Positions 62,843 through 64,000 of a stretch of 64,000 bases of DNA are shown here, piece after piece. The stretch covers positions 1 to 64,000 of the forward strand of contig CAVQBA010000002.1 of assembly GCA_963710605.1 (NCBI GenBank), given 5' to 3'. The DNA comes from an uncultured cyanobacterium (lineage in GTDB: Bacteria; Cyanobacteriota; Cyanobacteriia; Cyanobacteriales; Cyanobacteriaceae). Each line of letters starts with the position of its first letter. Position 1 is the stretch's first letter. The notes below the pieces were generated by a model that saw only the letters and a program-made list of their open reading frames with translations, was not told the DNA's origin and made no database searches. Made by a program: the position numbers and the translations under genes.

Positions 62843-64000
62843 CTAACGCAAACGAGACTTAAGGAAAGTGAATAACAAAGCAATTAAAAATAATATTCCG
62901 CCAAAAACAGCATAGGTAAAACTGAGACTTGTATTGATTACCAAAGGTTGAGACAAAATCGGCGAGAGAAATTGACCTAAAAATAAAGCTGTAGATAATC
63001 CACCTAAGGCTCGACCACGTAAATTGTCGGGTACGATGCTACTTAACCACACATTCATATTCGGCATCAAAAGTCCTAAACTTACTCCAGTAAGACTCAA
63101 ACCTACTAAAATTTGTAACCAGATAGTACCTTGTCCGATTAAAAGATAACCGATACCCATACAAGCAAAGATGATGGGTAAAAAAGTAGCAAAATCAATT
63201 TTTTGTTTGAGTTTACCATAACTTACAGAAGCGATCGAGCTAAATAATGTACAAAGAGCAATTGCTAAACCACTTTGAGTTGGTGGGGCTTGGAAAAGAG
63301 TTTCTAATAAAAACGGTAATTGTACGGGAATCAGATAAAAAGCAACTTGACTGATAACTGTTAAACCATAAATAATAGCTAAAATAACGATCGGTAATGA
63401 ATTTGTTCGATCGACTGTAGTCGTCTGCTTTACTGGTGCATTATTACGTTCGGGTTCGACAATAAACATTAAAATCAAAGGTATAAATAACCAAGCAAAA
63501 AGATAGATACCGAAAGGAAAACGCCAATTTTGTTCGGCTAACAATCCACCCAAACTAAGAAATAATACGCCTCCTAAACCCATAAATCCAGCTTGTAAAC
63601 CCATGAAGTTGGCTCGATCGTTACCTGTATAATAGTCAGCAATCAAAGTCGTGGCACTTACCATCACCCCCGCTACAGCTAAGCCTAACAAAGCACGTCC
63701 GAGTAAAATATCCGTCAAACTATCTAAATATAAACCCGTACTACCTGCCGCACCGTAGATTATCGTGGTAATTAATAATAAAGGTTTACGTCCAAAACGA
63801 TCGACAATTAACCCTGCGATAGGAGAAGCGATGACAATAAATAATGCAGGAGTTGTAATGACTAACTTGACTAAAGTGTTGACTGTTTCTGGATTATCCA
63901 TTTGAGTTGCGAAGTATTTATTCATCGCAGGTAAAGCAGGTGAAATAGTTGCCCCCGACATCACTGTTAAACTACTAGCTAATAAAAGCGTAATTTTTGT
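62843..64000 (-). CDS. MFS transporter (5'-partial)
   Basis: Motif A GLIVDRFGRK; multi-TM; frame open to the window edge. Confidence 0.9.
   Translation of the reverse strand, partial: TKITLLLASSLTVMSGATISPALPAMNKYFATQMDNPETVNTLVKLVITTPALFIVIASPIAGLIVDRFGRKPLLLITTIIYGAAGSTGLYLDSLTDILLGRALLGLAVAGVMVSATTLIADYYTGNDRANFMGLQAGFMGLGGVLFLSLGGLLAEQNWRFPFGIYLFAWLFIPLILMFIVEPERNNAPVKQTTTVDRTNSLPIVILAIIYGLTVISQVAFYLIPVQLPFLLETLFQAPPTQSGLAIALCTLFSSIASVSYGKLKQKIDFATFLPIIFACMGIGYLLIGQGTIWLQILVGLSLTGVSLGLLMPNMNVWLSSIVPDNLRGRALGGLSTALFLGQFLSPILSQPLVINTSLSFTYAVFGGILFLIALLFTFLKSRLR

Overview
AT-rich cyanobacterial chromosomal DNA: core genes are dense in HIP1 (GCGATCGC/CGATCG) and STRR heptamer repeats. The first ~10 kb is an apparently HIP1-poor accessory island ending near the 3' end of a tRNA-Arg(ACG) gene. 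It holds a decaying tyrosine-recombinase/DUF6262/DnaB module, then a four-layer nest: an IS605-family tnpB is split by group II intron 1 (3818-9649). That intron is interrupted by an IS630 element (5091-6212) and by group II intron 2 (7219-9598), which sits inside the 2-nt catalytic bulge of intron 1's domain V. Removing both introns in silico restores domain V and the TnpB CxxC motif exactly. The rest is mostly core genes (moaC, rpsN, a pixJ/pixL-like phototaxis cluster with one receptor pseudogenised, cruA, upp, cysteine desulfurase, ppk1, GH3, cobD, HU, purL, NADH-type nirBD). It also contains a RAYT with REPs and a deleted mini-copy, a pentapeptide gene whose antisense frame stays open through codon avoidance, an intact stand-alone TnpB, tandem DUF1963 genes, several toxin-antitoxin modules, MITEs, and a trmH cassette bracketed by identical inverted REPs. 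All calls come from reading the sequence by eye; no database searches were run.
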